A DNA stretch of 64,000 nt from Blastocystis sp. Blastoise (lineage: Eukaryota > Protista > Bigyra: Opalinata). The DNA lies in the NCBI GenBank assembly GCA_039096225.1, contig JBBPEB010000028.1, positions 186,001-250,000 of the forward strand. Direction: 5' to 3'. How positions within the stretch are numbered: the stretch's first letter is position 1; the number at the start of each line of letters is the position of its first letter. Made by a program: the position numbers and the translations under genes. This document shows, piece after piece, positions 19,048 through 32,817 of this stretch. The notes beneath the pieces were generated by a model, which was not told the origin of the DNA, searched no databases, and was given only the letters and a program-made list of their open reading frames with translations.

Positions 19048-20802
19048 TTAGAAATCATAGATAGAATTAAGATCTTGAGGTCGGGTAGGAGCAGAGGAAG
19101 CAGGATAATCTTCTCTTCTTGATGGTTCTATATATATATATATAGAAGGATATAGAAGGATATATAAGGATGTATAAGGATATATAAGGATATATAAGGA
19201 TATATATATATATAAGGATATATATATATATAAGGATAACTATAAGCATACGTTCATTTCTTCGTTGATAATTATTATTATTATTATTATTATAGGAGCG
19301 ATTATAGTTATTTTGATAATAATTACGTTGATTTCCATTTCTATTATTATTATAATTATTATTATTATTATTATTCGTATAGTTATGTCTTCTATTGAGG
19401 ATGAGAGGGAGTTTCTTGTGTTCATCAGCCATGTACTCATCATAATATAAATCTGTCAAAACTTGCTATATATTGATATATATATATTATTATTATTATC
19501 ATTATTATATAATATACAAGGATATAAATACATATAAGAAGAAGAAAAATAATGATATTATTATATATAAAACCATAATATAACAGTAGTATAAAAAACA
19601 AAAATAGCAATATATATATATATACAGCAAAAGATCCTTCAAAGAGATATATATCTTGTTTGTGTTTCGCTAAGAAGTGTTTTGGTATATAACTGATATT
19701 CTCAAATCGTTTATCTCCAAAAGGACATTTGGCGGGCTCTGTGGCAGTAGTCACACAACATAACTTATATAATTGTTCTTCTCCTGTCTATAGTATATAG
19801 TATATAATATAGTATATAGTATAAATAGATATATATATTATATATATACTTTGGTTAATATATCTTGTTCCTTTTGAATTTGTTCCTGTTTCTTTTGTTT
19901 TCCTTCTTCGCTATTTATAGATTCATATCGCTTTATACACTCCTCTATGGACTTATCTAACTGCTCGCACCATCCACTATCAACAGCATCCTCATCAGTT
20001 GGAGTAATTGTAGATCGCTTCATATCTTTACCAATTGTTTGAATAAGAGCACCATATTCTTTGAATTCTTTTCCCTCGTAATATTCAAAATTATGGACGT
20101 TACGTAAATAGTAACGTAAAAGATCCATAAGATACGTGTTGTCGAGGGGTTCGTCATGACAACGAACATTCTCAAGAATAGACAAAAAGTCACTAGAAAT
20201 ACCCTTATCTTGATCCATAAGTGTAATGAGTTTCTTCGCTTTCTCGATATCCGCGGTTAATCGGCTCTCACGATTGGCCTCCATGGGGATTATAGTATAT
20301 ATATCCGCGGGACGATAGACAGAGCAACGGAGAGAGAAACCGATGTCCAGGCGAGAAGAGTAATCATTCTCTATGAATAATATATACATAATGTATACAA
20401 AATATATATATAATATTCATCTTATTAAAAGTATTAAAAAATATAGAAGATTATATATAGATAGAAATAGACATAATACTATATATATACTATCCTTAAC
20501 AAATTCATTCATATTTTTATTCTTATAATTAATATTTTTGCCGCCAATAGAAAGCGCGGCATCTTTAGCAAGAGTGGGGTTTTCATAGAATAAGTAGATG
20601 GGTCTATTAAGAAGAGAGGGAGACCTTCTGAGTGCGTCTCCATAAGTGGTATAGAGTAGTCCATGTTGACTATCAGGAATGTCCTCTAAGAAAGTAGAGA
20701 AATCCAATCGGGTGAAATAAGAATCAATAGAATCTATTATACTATATATATATATATATATTGAGTAGTAAAAATCATAGTTTATAAATCAAAGCATCAT
20801 AG

Positions 20803-20840
<38 letters not shown>

Positions 20841-22181
20841 GATAGAATTAAGATGATTCTCGAAGGATTGTGGATCGACAGGAGCAGCAGGAGTAGCTTC
20901 AGAAGAAGCTATATATATATAATACATAAATACAATAATATATATATATATATACGTTCTTCAACAGGACCAACATATTTAGTTTCCTATACATATATAT
21001 ATATATATATATATTCTATGTTATGTATTAAATATACAGGAAGTAATATTTCAAGTGCATTATGTTTAATTCCTTCAATAATATCATTTGCTCTTATTTG
21101 AGCGATCTTATTATTCTGTTCCTTCAATTTATCTTGCTTTACAATACTATATAATTCCTGGAAAAACTCGAAATTCTTGGCATAAGTGAAGAAAGTGGAT
21201 GATAATTTAGTATCATATACTTTTACATAACTATAAAAAGATATATATATATATATATATAGAATAGTATCTATTCAATAATCAAGTTTCAGATTATATA
21301 TATATAATTGAGAATAAATGAGTTTATATATATTTAAAAGAAAAAAAAACAATAAGAAAAAAAATATTAAGAAAACATTAAAAAAAATCAATATAACCTA
21401 ATAATATACTCAACATATTCCTTAGCAAGAGCGAAGGGATCCTGAGAATCGTTCGCATTAAGAACGAAATCCTTAAAAGTTTGTTTTGGATCAATGTCAT
21501 CCAAGTATATTTGAGGAATTTCAGGGTCAGATTTCTCAACAGAATCCTTATCATTCTATATATATATTTATATATATATATATAGTTATAAATGATATAA
21601 ATAAAAAAATATATCATAATAAAAAACACAAAAAGTAAGCTTCACATACATATTGATTTCTGTTATAACGATTGTAAGGTCTGTTATTTCTATTATCATT
21701 ATAACGACCGAAACGTGACTGAGAATATCTATCATTTGAATCATATCTATATAGAATAATAGAGTATGTCAAGAGATTCATCTAAAATAATTATTAATGA
21801 TTATATAATAGCATGATTACTGAGGTTTATCTTCTTCAAGAGCCATGGATGGGGTGGCTTCAACAGATCGACTTCTACTTCTTGTTCTTTCTTCACTTTT
21901 TCGGTCACCATCATATCTTCTACTATATATTTGTATAATAAGATTATCAAATATGAAAGAATATTAAAATATAAAAATGTAACAAACCTTATATCTCTTC
22001 CAAATTCATCAACACGATCTTCTTCATCTGCTCTGGACTATATAAATAATAATCATATAAAAATAAAACAAAGGAAATAAAAAAATGAAATACACGTCTG
22101 TTGGCATAACGTCTGTCGTTATCTTCACTATCCTAAATATAAATCAATAATCAATAAATCTAGAAAACTTACAGAGGACAT
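19048..22181 (-). CDS. SRRT: SERRATE/Ars2 RNA effector homolog, multi-exon
   Basis: R/D-rich N-terminus with RDRVDEFGRDI, KSFKDFV, FFTYAKNFEFFQELY, DLLRYYLRNVHNFEYYEG, zinc-finger-like KCPFGDKRFENISYIPKHFLAKH, LYYDEYMADEHK. Confidence 0.8.
19141..19238 (-). repeat. 10-nt tandem repeat (TCCTTATATA-like) in SRRT intron 19128-19251, containing six ATATCCTT copies on the sense strand
   Basis: AAGGATAT on the + strand at 19146, 19156, 19176, 19186, 19196 and 19214, plus two degenerate copies. Confidence 0.85.
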
Positions 22182-22398
22182 GATTCAATTTAGTTTCTTT
22201 TCAAAATATCAACACAAAACTTCTCTAAAAAAAACAAACAAAAGTTGTCTTTTTATACCCAGAGAACTTCCAGTATTATTTTATTTTTTTAAGCTACATT
22301 TTGAAAACTATCATGAGAAATTACAGTTTTAGAAAAGCAATTTTTGTTTGTATATTATACATTGGATTTTGTGTTAAACTCCTAAATAATTTATAAAG

Positions 22399-23202
22399 AT
22401 GACTGAAGAAATACGTGTTTCGGAATTAGGTAACAATAAAGTAATGAAACAATTACTTGATGAAGAATTCTCTAAGGTATGATATATATTAGTTGGTATC
22501 TTACCTTTTAACTATATGTTTATTCCTTTCTTATTACATTTTTATTGCATAGTGTCTAACAAAGAGAAATATCAAGCCAGATCACTTATTCAACAATAGT
22601 CAGATTATTGTTATGACTGTGTGTTCTATATTTGCCCTTCTTTCTCATTTCAATGGAATGACATGGCCTGATAGTAAATGGGTTGTAGCCATTTGTAGTG
22701 TTTCTTATTTCATTACATACGTTATTGGTGAGATTATTGCTCATTATACATATGCAAATGTCTTTTTTGCCGGTCAACCTGCAGATACTCCTCTTCATTC
22801 TCATATGAATAAGATATTTGTCACTAGTCAGTTAGATAGATTTGATAGTGTGTATGTAGTGTTTTTATATTTATATCTATATCTATATTTATATTTATAT
22901 TTATTTATTTATTATTTATTAATCATAATATTTATTATATTATTATATTTATTATTTTTTATTATGGGAATAATAATAATAATCATTATTATATTTATTA
23001 TGTATATTGTAGTTATCACTTAAGTGTATATACAACTCATAAGGGTAAGAAAATAAGTTATGCAATGAATAATTCAGTAGGTCGTTATTTCCAAGAAGAT
23101 GGTTTATTAGTTCAAAACCAGGTCAAAGAAGATACTGATGAATTGATGAATAATTTTGTCGAATTATTCAACAAAAAAGGAAAGGCAAAGAAAAACGATT
23201 AA
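22399..23202 (+). CDS. SPCS2: Signal peptidase complex subunit 2 (SPC25 family), 3 exons
   Basis: MKQLLDE N-terminal motif, two transmembrane segments, SQLDRFDSVY and SVGRYFQEDGLLV. Confidence 0.8.
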
Positions 23203-24460
23203 TTCTTTATTAATTATTTATTTTTTATTAGCATATATACATATGTATCAGTAATTAGTTTTTTAATGTATTTTTTATGAATAAGACGTTATCCTTATAT
23301 TCATTAAATGTAAAAATGGATACATTCTACACTGTCAGGCCATTTCCATGATACTTTTTGGAACATTTCGTAAATAAAAAAAGATGCTGACTTTTTCATT
23401 CATTCATCACTTTTTAAAACGTCATTATTTTCATTTATTTAATAATTATGTGAATGATAATTGAAAATATATATAACAAAAAATAATAAATAATAATATA
23501 TAATTAAAAGTATTAAAAAATTAAGAGCTATTTTAATTTAGTTTGGAATAATTAGTATCTCGTTTTGAACTATATATATAGATATAATAGAAATAATAGT
23601 AATAATGATAATATAATATATACCTTCTAGTAACACTTCTAGGCAATCCCTTTCATAAAAACTACAACTATAAAATATAATGAATATATATATATAATGA
23701 TACCAATTATTTGTTGACCAAAGGAGACCACAGAGAACACCTATTATCTATATAAATAGAAAATAGTTAATTGCAAATAAAAAATAATAATATATACCTT
23801 TAAGACCATAATGTTGTTGATAAAAAGGACTATAACAACATTGGAACCCATACAAAGTAATGAATAATAATGATTTAGAGAATAAAAAAAAAATACCTTC
23901 AACAACACAGGACACTCCACAACTTATTGTTCAACTATATAGATAAAGAAAAGAAAAACAAACATACTGTCAAAAAATGAATACCAATTACTACCTATTT
24001 GAATCTATTTTGACATACCCTCTAAAACCTATATAGAATAAAACAAATAAAAAAATATTATATACATTTTAAAATATAAAAAAAAAGTTTCAAATAAAGA
24101 AAAAAACAGTATGTTTTTATTCTTTGTTCTTTAGTTTTTTAGTTGTATATATGAGAAATAATATTATTACTGTCATTTCAATTCTATTTATATATTAACA
24201 TAACTCTATTCTACTTAAATACAAAACAATAATAAATATCAATATTTATCTAAACTAAAATTTCAAAATGATACAATTATTTAAATGTATACTCATATAT
24301 ATAAGAATTAAATATATCAATGAATAATTAAGCAAATGAATAAATAAATAAATTTTAAAAAAACATATATATAAAAGAACAAATTAATTAACAAAAAAAA
24401 TTAAATAAATAAAATAATAAAATACTTAAAAAATGATAACAAAAAGCATTGAAAAAAAAA

Positions 24461-24973
24461 TCACCTATAAATTGCATATGTAGTATGATAACCAATTTCC
24501 ATTTGAATACTAGTATCCATAGTCCATTCTATTCGTTTCAATTGAACATCTGTGAAAGGAGCATAAACAGGTTCTTGTGTATTAGTATTCTTTCTACTGA
24601 GTTTATTAATCTTTATCTTTCTTGAACTCTTCTTTATATCTGGTGTAGCTGTGCATAAAAATATGTAAGTACTAACAGTGATATGATACTTATTATTCAT
24701 GTTTTCGATATCAATTTTATAAATAATGGTTCTGTTTTCTCTACCTCGAGTATCAGGCTTTCTACGAAGAGCAAAAGTTTTGTTGCAACCTTCAGGAGTT
24801 ATACAAGCTTCTTTGATCTCAGGAGTCAAATGTATTTCTATCTCATATTCAATGAAGTATATCATATCATCAATACTACTAACAGTATTATCACAACTAT
24901 GACATATATGAGTAACAGGATCAATGGCAAATGTGTTTGTATTTTCTACGGAACCTCTATCATGAGTATCCAT
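24461..24973 (-). CDS. Intronless hypothetical protein, 170 aa
   Basis: Uninterrupted non-repetitive ORF with exon-like GC content. No motif recognised. Confidence 0.5.
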   Translation of the reverse strand: MDTHDRGSVENTNTFAIDPVTHICHSCDNTVSSIDDMIYFIEYEIEIHLTPEIKEACITPEGCNKTFALRRKPDTRGRENRTIIYKIDIENMNNKYHITVSTYIFLCTATPDIKKSSRKIKINKLSRKNTNTQEPVYAPFTDVQLKRIEWTMDTSIQMEIGYHTTYAIYR

Positions 24974-25681
24974 GTTTAGAAATTATGTTTCTGAATAATT
25001 CTAAAATAAATAAAATATATTTTATTTTGTCTTTTCATAGTTACAAAAAACTTAATAAAAATACTAGAAAAATTCTAGTCATGGGAAACTGAATCTTTAT
25101 GAATTAAGTCTTTAATAATTTCAAGAAATTCGGAAGAAATTTTTATTCATGCTAAACTTTGTAGAAGATATTTTTGAAATAGTAATCATAGTAAAATAGG
25201 CTAATAAGTGGATGGCCTATTAGTTTGAGCCATGCTGAGTATAGTAAACTGTCTCAAATTTAGGAAATGATAGAATTGAGCATATTATTGTCAACAAATT
25301 GGACAATAAAACATTTTATATTATTATTTATTCATTGTATGCATATGTATACTCCTGTTGATTCATAATAACAAATCTGATTACGTATCTTATAGAATAA
25401 AATGACAGCTTTTATGAATTAATTATTGTTATTGACTTTTGAATTGATATAACACCACTAAAACCTGTTTTCGATAGATTAAATGGAAAAAAAAATAATC
25501 ATCTTAAATTTTTAAGACAATAAATAAAATACCAAAGTTTTCAGAAAGACAATTTCAAAATTACCGATTTCTTGAAAATCTACCAACTCAAATATATTAC
25601 ATCTCAAATGATTCCATAAATAAAAGCTAACAAAACAAATTACATATAATAATAACGAAATAAAATTGAAAACAATACTAT

Positions 25682-26941
25682 TTACATTAAGTCAACAATT
25701 TCTTGTCCATTTCCATTAAGAGTAGAACATAAGAAAGCAAGAGTATGAGTATATTGAAGAGAATAATCCGTGAATTTATGGTTTGAAAGATATTTATCTA
25801 ATACATTATTATAGCATTTCCAATTAATATGATGAATAGGATAAGATAAATAAGTATCATTATTACCATTAAACTTTTTAATAAGAGTAGAGAAATAAGT
25901 ATCAGCTTCTTTTCTAGACATAACTTCTTTTTCATATTCTTCATTAGCTTTAGAGTCACCTTGTTTCATTCTATATTCCCAGTAAAGTAAACTATTATCA
26001 CGAGAACTCCATGATTTCTTTGCTATTTGTTTCTTTCCTGATTTACATTCCTTGAAATTTGTTTCAGAAATAAAGTCACCTACCGTAATATTTGTCCATG
26101 AAAGATCTCCATATTGAACAGAGGTCGATGTAGTAGTAAAGAAAGCAGAATCATCAAATTGTTTTTGAAGAGTTAATGTTGCAAGATTAGCATCATCATC
26201 TTGTTCTAACCATGAACAACTCCATACTTCACCAAGACAAGTACCTATATGTTTACCACGAACAAGATCATTCATATCTACTTCTTCTCCAGGACAATAA
26301 GTACCCCAAGAATTTTCATCAGGAAGAGTAGAAGAAACAGCATAAAGATTAATATCAGTAGGTAAATCTAACCACATAGAACCAGATTCACAAGCTTCCA
26401 TATAATAAACAGCCTTAGAATATTTCTTAGTTTCATATAATTCCTTTAAAACAGCTTGAAGTTCATTAGCTTTAAGATAAGTTTTATCATCAGGCATACA
26501 TACAATACCACTACCACCATGATCAATAAAATAGAAGAATACAGTATCAGTAGGACCAGAATTAAGTGTTTTAACTTCAGTTTTACCTGTTAATTCTTTA
26601 ACTTTTTCAGCATCACCTTTTAAGATGGCATAATAAACTTCAGCACTTACTTCGTCTTTATAATCAATAACGACACCTTCATAGTAGTTACGAGGATTCT
26701 CACCAGGATGATTAAATATAGTTCCAGGGAAAATGTTTGCTTCATTATTAGCAATATCATCAGCCATAATAGTAATAATGTGTTCAGGATTCATTCCATG
26801 ATCCGTTAAGACATGATACATATGACAAAGATCAGCTTGATGTCTGTAGTTTTGGAAACCCTTAGACCCAGCAAGAAGAACAGCCCATTTATCAGCAGCA
26901 GCTAATGCTACAAATATGGCAAAAACTAAATAAAATTTCAT
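25682..26941 (-). CDS. Legumain / asparaginyl endopeptidase (peptidase family C13), intronless, with signal peptide
   Basis: KWAVLLAGSKGFQNYRHQADLCH, catalytic His in FIDHGG, catalytic Cys in MEACESGSM, ENSWGTYC, TCLG, QYGD. Confidence 0.96.
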   Translation of the reverse strand: MKFYLVFAIFVALAAADKWAVLLAGSKGFQNYRHQADLCHMYHVLTDHGMNPEHIITIMADDIANNEANIFPGTIFNHPGENPRNYYEGVVIDYKDEVSAEVYYAILKGDAEKVKELTGKTEVKTLNSGPTDTVFFYFIDHGGSGIVCMPDDKTYLKANELQAVLKELYETKKYSKAVYYMEACESGSMWLDLPTDINLYAVSSTLPDENSWGTYCPGEEVDMNDLVRGKHIGTCLGEVWSCSWLEQDDDANLATLTLQKQFDDSAFFTTTSTSVQYGDLSWTNITVGDFISETNFKECKSGKKQIAKKSWSSRDNSLLYWEYRMKQGDSKANEEYEKEVMSRKEADTYFSTLIKKFNGNNDTYLSYPIHHINWKCYNNVLDKYLSNHKFTDYSLQYTHTLAFLCSTLNGNGQEIVDLM

Positions 26942-28257
26942 TCTTTATACAAAATATAAATAACGAAAAAAAAAGTATATAAAAGAAATCGAAATGCAAT
27001 AAACGGTTTATATGAGAAACGAGAGAAACAGAATGACAACCCTTCATTTTCATTCATGACGCATCGAAATAAACATTTTAAAAGAATATAATGGAATCAT
27101 TGTGTTTTCTATTTGATGACGCCTTTTTTATTTCTGTTCAATGAATAAAATAGTCTTTTAGAACTTGTTCAACCATTAAAAAAAGTGTAAATTCTAAATT
27201 GTATCGATGACGAATCATTAATAAATGTATGGTCATTGAATCTATATAAGGTTCTCCTTTATACTATATATAACAAAATATGACATATAAATGATATAGA
27301 TCAAATATCAAATATGAAAGCAATATAAATAAGATAAAAAACATTGAAAAACATTAAAATATAATTATGTGTACTTAAAAAATGGGTATTCAAAAAAGCA
27401 AAAAATTGGTTTACGAATAGAGTAAAAGATAAGAATAATAAATAAAATTAAATAAAATCTTATAATCGTCAACAAATAGAATGCAAATACACTCTTAAAG
27501 AATTTACAAAAGAAAGGAAAAAACATATAAGAAATTTGTTGGATTCTTTGAAATAAGAAAATAAAATGTATTTTATTAAAAAAATCTTCAGAAAATATTT
27601 TTTGATGTCTCCAGAAGTTTATTATTTTATAAATGCTGTCAATTTTATGAAAAACTAGCGATGGATGATTTCATGAATATTTCTTTTCTTAAACAATATA
27701 ATGAGAGGTATATTTAATAAGATCATTGACATTTAATATATATAAAATGCATATTTAATAATTATCTCAATTAAAATTGCAAACAAATGTTTCAAATGAT
27801 TGTCTCCAATAAAAATTGTATGAGGAACATAATGAAGACGCGATAGAATAGATTAAACTAGTTGAAAAAACACAAAATTCCTGCATAGTTTCAATCAATC
27901 ATTATATAATATGTATTTTTATAAGTTGTTTATCATAGATTCTTATTTGTTTCACTTGAAATAGTTTATATCACAACAAGTAATTGCATTTGAACCTATA
28001 TAGTCTTGATGTATAATGTCTTACAATTGGAAAATAATGAAATTCTCATTTTGAATCTATTCAGTTTGACGCTTATTTAAAAAAATCAAAATTTCTAACT
28101 GTGTTCTGATACATTATTGCCTATATTTAAATAGGATCTGTAGATAAGTGTAAACCACATGATGCTAATAAAGAATTGTTGATTTTATTTAATTATATGA
28201 TGTTATTATATAGATATGAATGAAAAGGAGAATGAAAAATAAAATGGAAAAAGGAAT

Positions 28258-28346
28258 TCCGAGCTGCCGGAATCGAACCAGCGACCCTTAGATTGCTGCA
28301 ATGCAGCCACTACAGTCTAACGCTCTTCCAACTGAGCTAAGCTCGG
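28258..28346 (-). tRNA. tRNA-Tyr(GTA) with a 16-nt intron at position 37/38 (28294-28309)
   Basis: CCGAGCT/AGCTCGG acceptor stem, AGCTCAGTTGGAAGAGC D arm, TTAGA-CT-GTA-G...A-TCTAA anticodon arm, GGTTCGATTCC T loop, discriminator A, T5 run downstream. Confidence 0.96.
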
Positions 28347-28551
28347 TACTGTATTGTTTTTTCATATCAGCATATATGAAATTCTGTCTTATCAATACAA
28401 CTATAAAATAAATGTTTTTCTATTATTGTCATATGTCTCTATTCTTATTGTCGTGTGATATATTGACATAAAAAATAAAGTTGAACAAAAAAGAAACATA
28501 CTAATAATAACAATAAAGTACTCACTACTTTATAAAACCTTATCAAATCAT

Positions 28552-29038
28552 TTATTCAAGAAGGGGAATAACAACAGTCTTTCCATTGAAAGCTTCAGTA
28601 ACCTTAACTTGACAAGCAAGACGAGAACTATAAAATATGTATATTATTGTTAGATCAATAATAAGCATAAAAACTATAAAATAACAAAAAAATATATATC
28701 AATATATATATATACGTAGGTTTGACACCCTTGATCTTCTTTAAGAGAGTAGCTTCAGTCTTACCAATCTTACCGGCAGCAGCAAAAGTGGCATCATCAA
28801 GAACGCATTGACAAGTACCGCAAGTACCTTCACCACCACAACCGTTAGGGATAGCAATATCATTATCTTCACAAGCTTGAAGAACACTGACTTCATCTTC
28901 TAATTCAACTTCAACGACATTTTCTTCACCAGCGGGGTTGACAGCCTTAAGATTGAAGGCAACGGACATGTTTCTTTGGAAGAAAGCGGGTTTGAAGGCA
29001 CGGAAGGCAGCAGGGGCAAGTCTAGCAAGGGATTGCAT
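28552..29038 (-). CDS. Mitochondrial/MRO-type [2Fe-2S] ferredoxin with N-terminal targeting peptide, 2 exons
   Basis: CGGEGTCGTCQC plus SRLACQV in exon 2, and an Arg/Ala-rich presequence MQSLARLAPAAFRAFKPAFFQRNMS. Confidence 0.93.
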
Positions 29039-30232
29039 GTTGATTTACAGTAATATGAAAAACAATAATATATGAGAATAGTTTTACATAGAAATCATGC
29101 CAATTATTTGTGGATTTGTCATTTGCTATCATTCCCATAAGAGAAACCCAAATCATGTTGTTTTATTTTTTCATTGTTATTCTTTGAAATATACTGAAGA
29201 CAATATGAATAACCACGAATCTAGACAACTTTATCCACTTTTTGTGATTTGATATTCCCGTGATTATTTAGTTTTTTCTATAGAAAAGAAAAATTCCATG
29301 ATTGTATTCGAGGAAAAGTTTCCCTGTATCTCGTTTCTTACTGAAGTTTTCATATTCTGTCTTCTTTTGTTACCAACTGGATACTAGATTCATTGAATAT
29401 GCTTGTTTTATCACTTTCTAGCCTTTCTACACTCTATGTGATGAAAATAAACATTTATAGTTTCTATAATCATTCAAATAATTACTTACTATTTGAGTAT
29501 TTCTTGATAAGTATGGTTTTTTATAATATTAAATATCTTGAATATACTTACAAGGAACTTTCAAATATGAAATACGTTTTTCTTTATTTTCTTTTTCATT
29601 ATTCTATGTTGTTATGTGGTAGTTTTTCACTTCATATCTATACCGTTAAATGAACCATAGATATATTTACTCAATTAAAGATTAAAATCAAATCAATGAC
29701 TTTTAACAAGAGTTACTTAGTTATTCTCTGATTCTGAAGATTCTATAGCTATTCTTTAAGTGATCTATGTAGTTAAACAAATATATGAAAGAAATAGCAT
29801 TTTGTATTTAAATAATAATATTATTAAAAGTAGTTATTTTACAAATTTAGATTAAACTATTTACAAAAGGTCAATGAATAATTTGAAGATATATGTACAA
29901 CTGTATCTACTTTATGGTTACCTTAAATACAGGAATAAAGAGATTATCTAGTACTGTAATTATCAAATAAAGTGAAGGAAATAGTTCATGAATATAATAT
30001 AATGACGACTTGCATAAATACCTACGTGGGCATAAATATAGTTGATGATAAGTGATAGGAAACAATAAAAATTAAATTAAAATATTCTCAAGACTATTAT
30101 GAAAAATATAAGCAGAATTGTGAAAATAAACAGGAGAGAAATCTTAAAAAAAAAAGATAATGAAATCAATAAGAAAAACAAGTCGTGTTCTTTTTAAATG
30201 AGCAATATCTTTCATAAACTGTATAAAATAAA

Positions 30233-31860
30233 ATGAATTGGCTTATTTATGTATTGATTGTGGTCTTTGTAATTCTTATATTAGCAATTACATGGAGATT
30301 GATTGATGTTTATATTTCCGAGGATTATAAACAAGGCAATTATTTTGGTAAAATTATGTTTACCATCAGTGTATTGGTGGCAACAATGTGTGTTGTCTTG
30401 TTCCCATTGGATGTTTATAATGGAAGTGGTCTTGCTGCTTGTGATGTACTTGATGTTGGCTGTGGAAATATTAATTTTTCTTTGATATGGAACATCATGT
30501 TTTGGGTCATTATTATCTTTTCGGTTTTTATTATTCCTTTTACTATGTTTTATTATGAAGCCGATGGTATCGATAACCCTCCAGTATCTAAGAAACTTCT
30601 TAGTGCATTCATTAGTGCTTTTATTACTACAGTTGTCGTAGCTGTTCTTTGTGTTGTTTTCTATTTTATTACTCATACTACAAATTTACCTATTACTTCG
30701 ATTGATGTTCCTACTCCTTATAGTTATGATCTTCCTATAGATGAACTTATTAATGTTGCTACAAATACTACATCTGATATTGATTATCTTACAAATACAG
30801 AAATATCAAATGCTAATTTATATACATCTGTTAATACGGAACTTAGAGTCGAAGTATATATATACATTTTTTTTTTATTTAATTATATTCATTAATTTTT
30901 ACAAATAAATTAAATTAAATTATTTTTATTATTATTTATTTTAGTTGAATTATATTCATTTTTTTTTTATTATATAAATAAATTAAATTAGCTTATTTTT
31001 TTTATTATTTATTTTAGTTTAATTATATTCATTTTTTTCATTTATTTATATAAATATAAAAAGTCATATATAATTCTTCTTCTAGGTACCTATAACTGCT
31101 TCTGTAGTTGGTTTATTCTGTATTGTTGGTTGGCTCCTATTTGCCTTATTCGCAGGAGCAGGTCTCACCGCTCTTCCTTCTTCTCTTCTTAGGTATATAT
31201 ATATATATATATATAGTCTATTCTTTTTAGTATTCATTATATTATATATAGCTATCTTTAGTATTTTTTTAATTATTTTTATATTTCTACATTTTTTTAT
31301 ATCATTTATATATTTATTTTTTATGTAGTTGTTTATACTTTATAAATATATATTTAAAGCTTTTTTATATATATACTCTCTTTTCTATTATATATTACTC
31401 TCTTTTCTATTATATATATATATATATATATAGAAGTTGGATATATCGTCCTCGTTATATGCCCCCTGAGAAGTTTAATGAGGAGAAGTCGAAATTAGCC
31501 GGACGTTTAGATGAATTAATCGAATCTGGGGAAGCTCTTCAAAAACATATTAAAGTATATATATTTATATGTTTTTATTATATAAATATTTTTTTTTGCT
31601 ATATTTTTTTGTAACATGTTCGTATATATATTTTTTTTATTTATATAAATATTTTTTTTGTTATATATTTTTAATATGTTTATATATATATATATGTTTT
31701 TATATATATAAATATTTTTTATAATATTTTTTTAATATGTTTATTTAAATATAATTATATATATAGGATTCTAGTGGTCTTACATTTAAATGGATGGAAA
31801 AGAGAAAGGTGAATAAAGAATTAAAGAAAGAAATAGCAGATTATAGAGAAGTATATAGAT

Positions 31861-31903
<43 letters not shown>

Positions 31904-32575
31904 GTGTAAGCAATTAGATGATGATTATCAGACCTTACGTGCTGAGCATTTAGAATATAAGAATAACAACCCACTTATTCCCGTGTTTAATCTCATGGGA
32001 GGCATTGTCGCGTATATATATACATTTATATTATATGGATATTCTATATATTCATTATTTTATATATTCTATTTCTTTTTAATTATTCTATAGATTCTGA
32101 TATTTTTTATTCATTTGATTCTATTAATTATATATATTTTATAAATTATTTTCATTTTATAAATATATCAATTTTAATTTTTCTCTCTTAATATCACTAT
32201 TCTCTATATAGTATTATTATTACTGTATTATGGTTACTTCAATTAGCTTTATATGTATTCCCTATTCAATTCTCAGGATCTCCTCTCTCTCTGTTCCTTA
32301 ATACATTCCTTATTTGGTGTAATGATATTATGACCATTCTTGGCATTGTTTTGGTATATAGACTTATTATACATTATTATATACTATACTATACTATACT
32401 ATACTATACTATACTATACTATACTATACTATTATCTATATACTATACTATACTATACTATAGTTATTAATATTGGTTCTCTATTTGATGTTATGTAGTA
32501 TGAAGGGTGCTTTCTCTCTTGGTCTCAAGTTTATAGGCATGGATGTATATATATATATATATATATATCTTTATA

Positions 32576-32606
<31 letters not shown>

Positions 32607-32769
32607 GATTCACTCAATGAATGTACATGATACCATGATTAACTCACTTGTCTTTAATGGAGGTTTATTTTTATTGGTTACTCTTCCTTTATTAGAATTC
32701 TCTCAAAATACATTCTCTGATTTTGCTGCGAACTCAGATATTAAATATATCCTCCATATATAACTGTAT

Positions 32770-32817
<48 letters not shown>

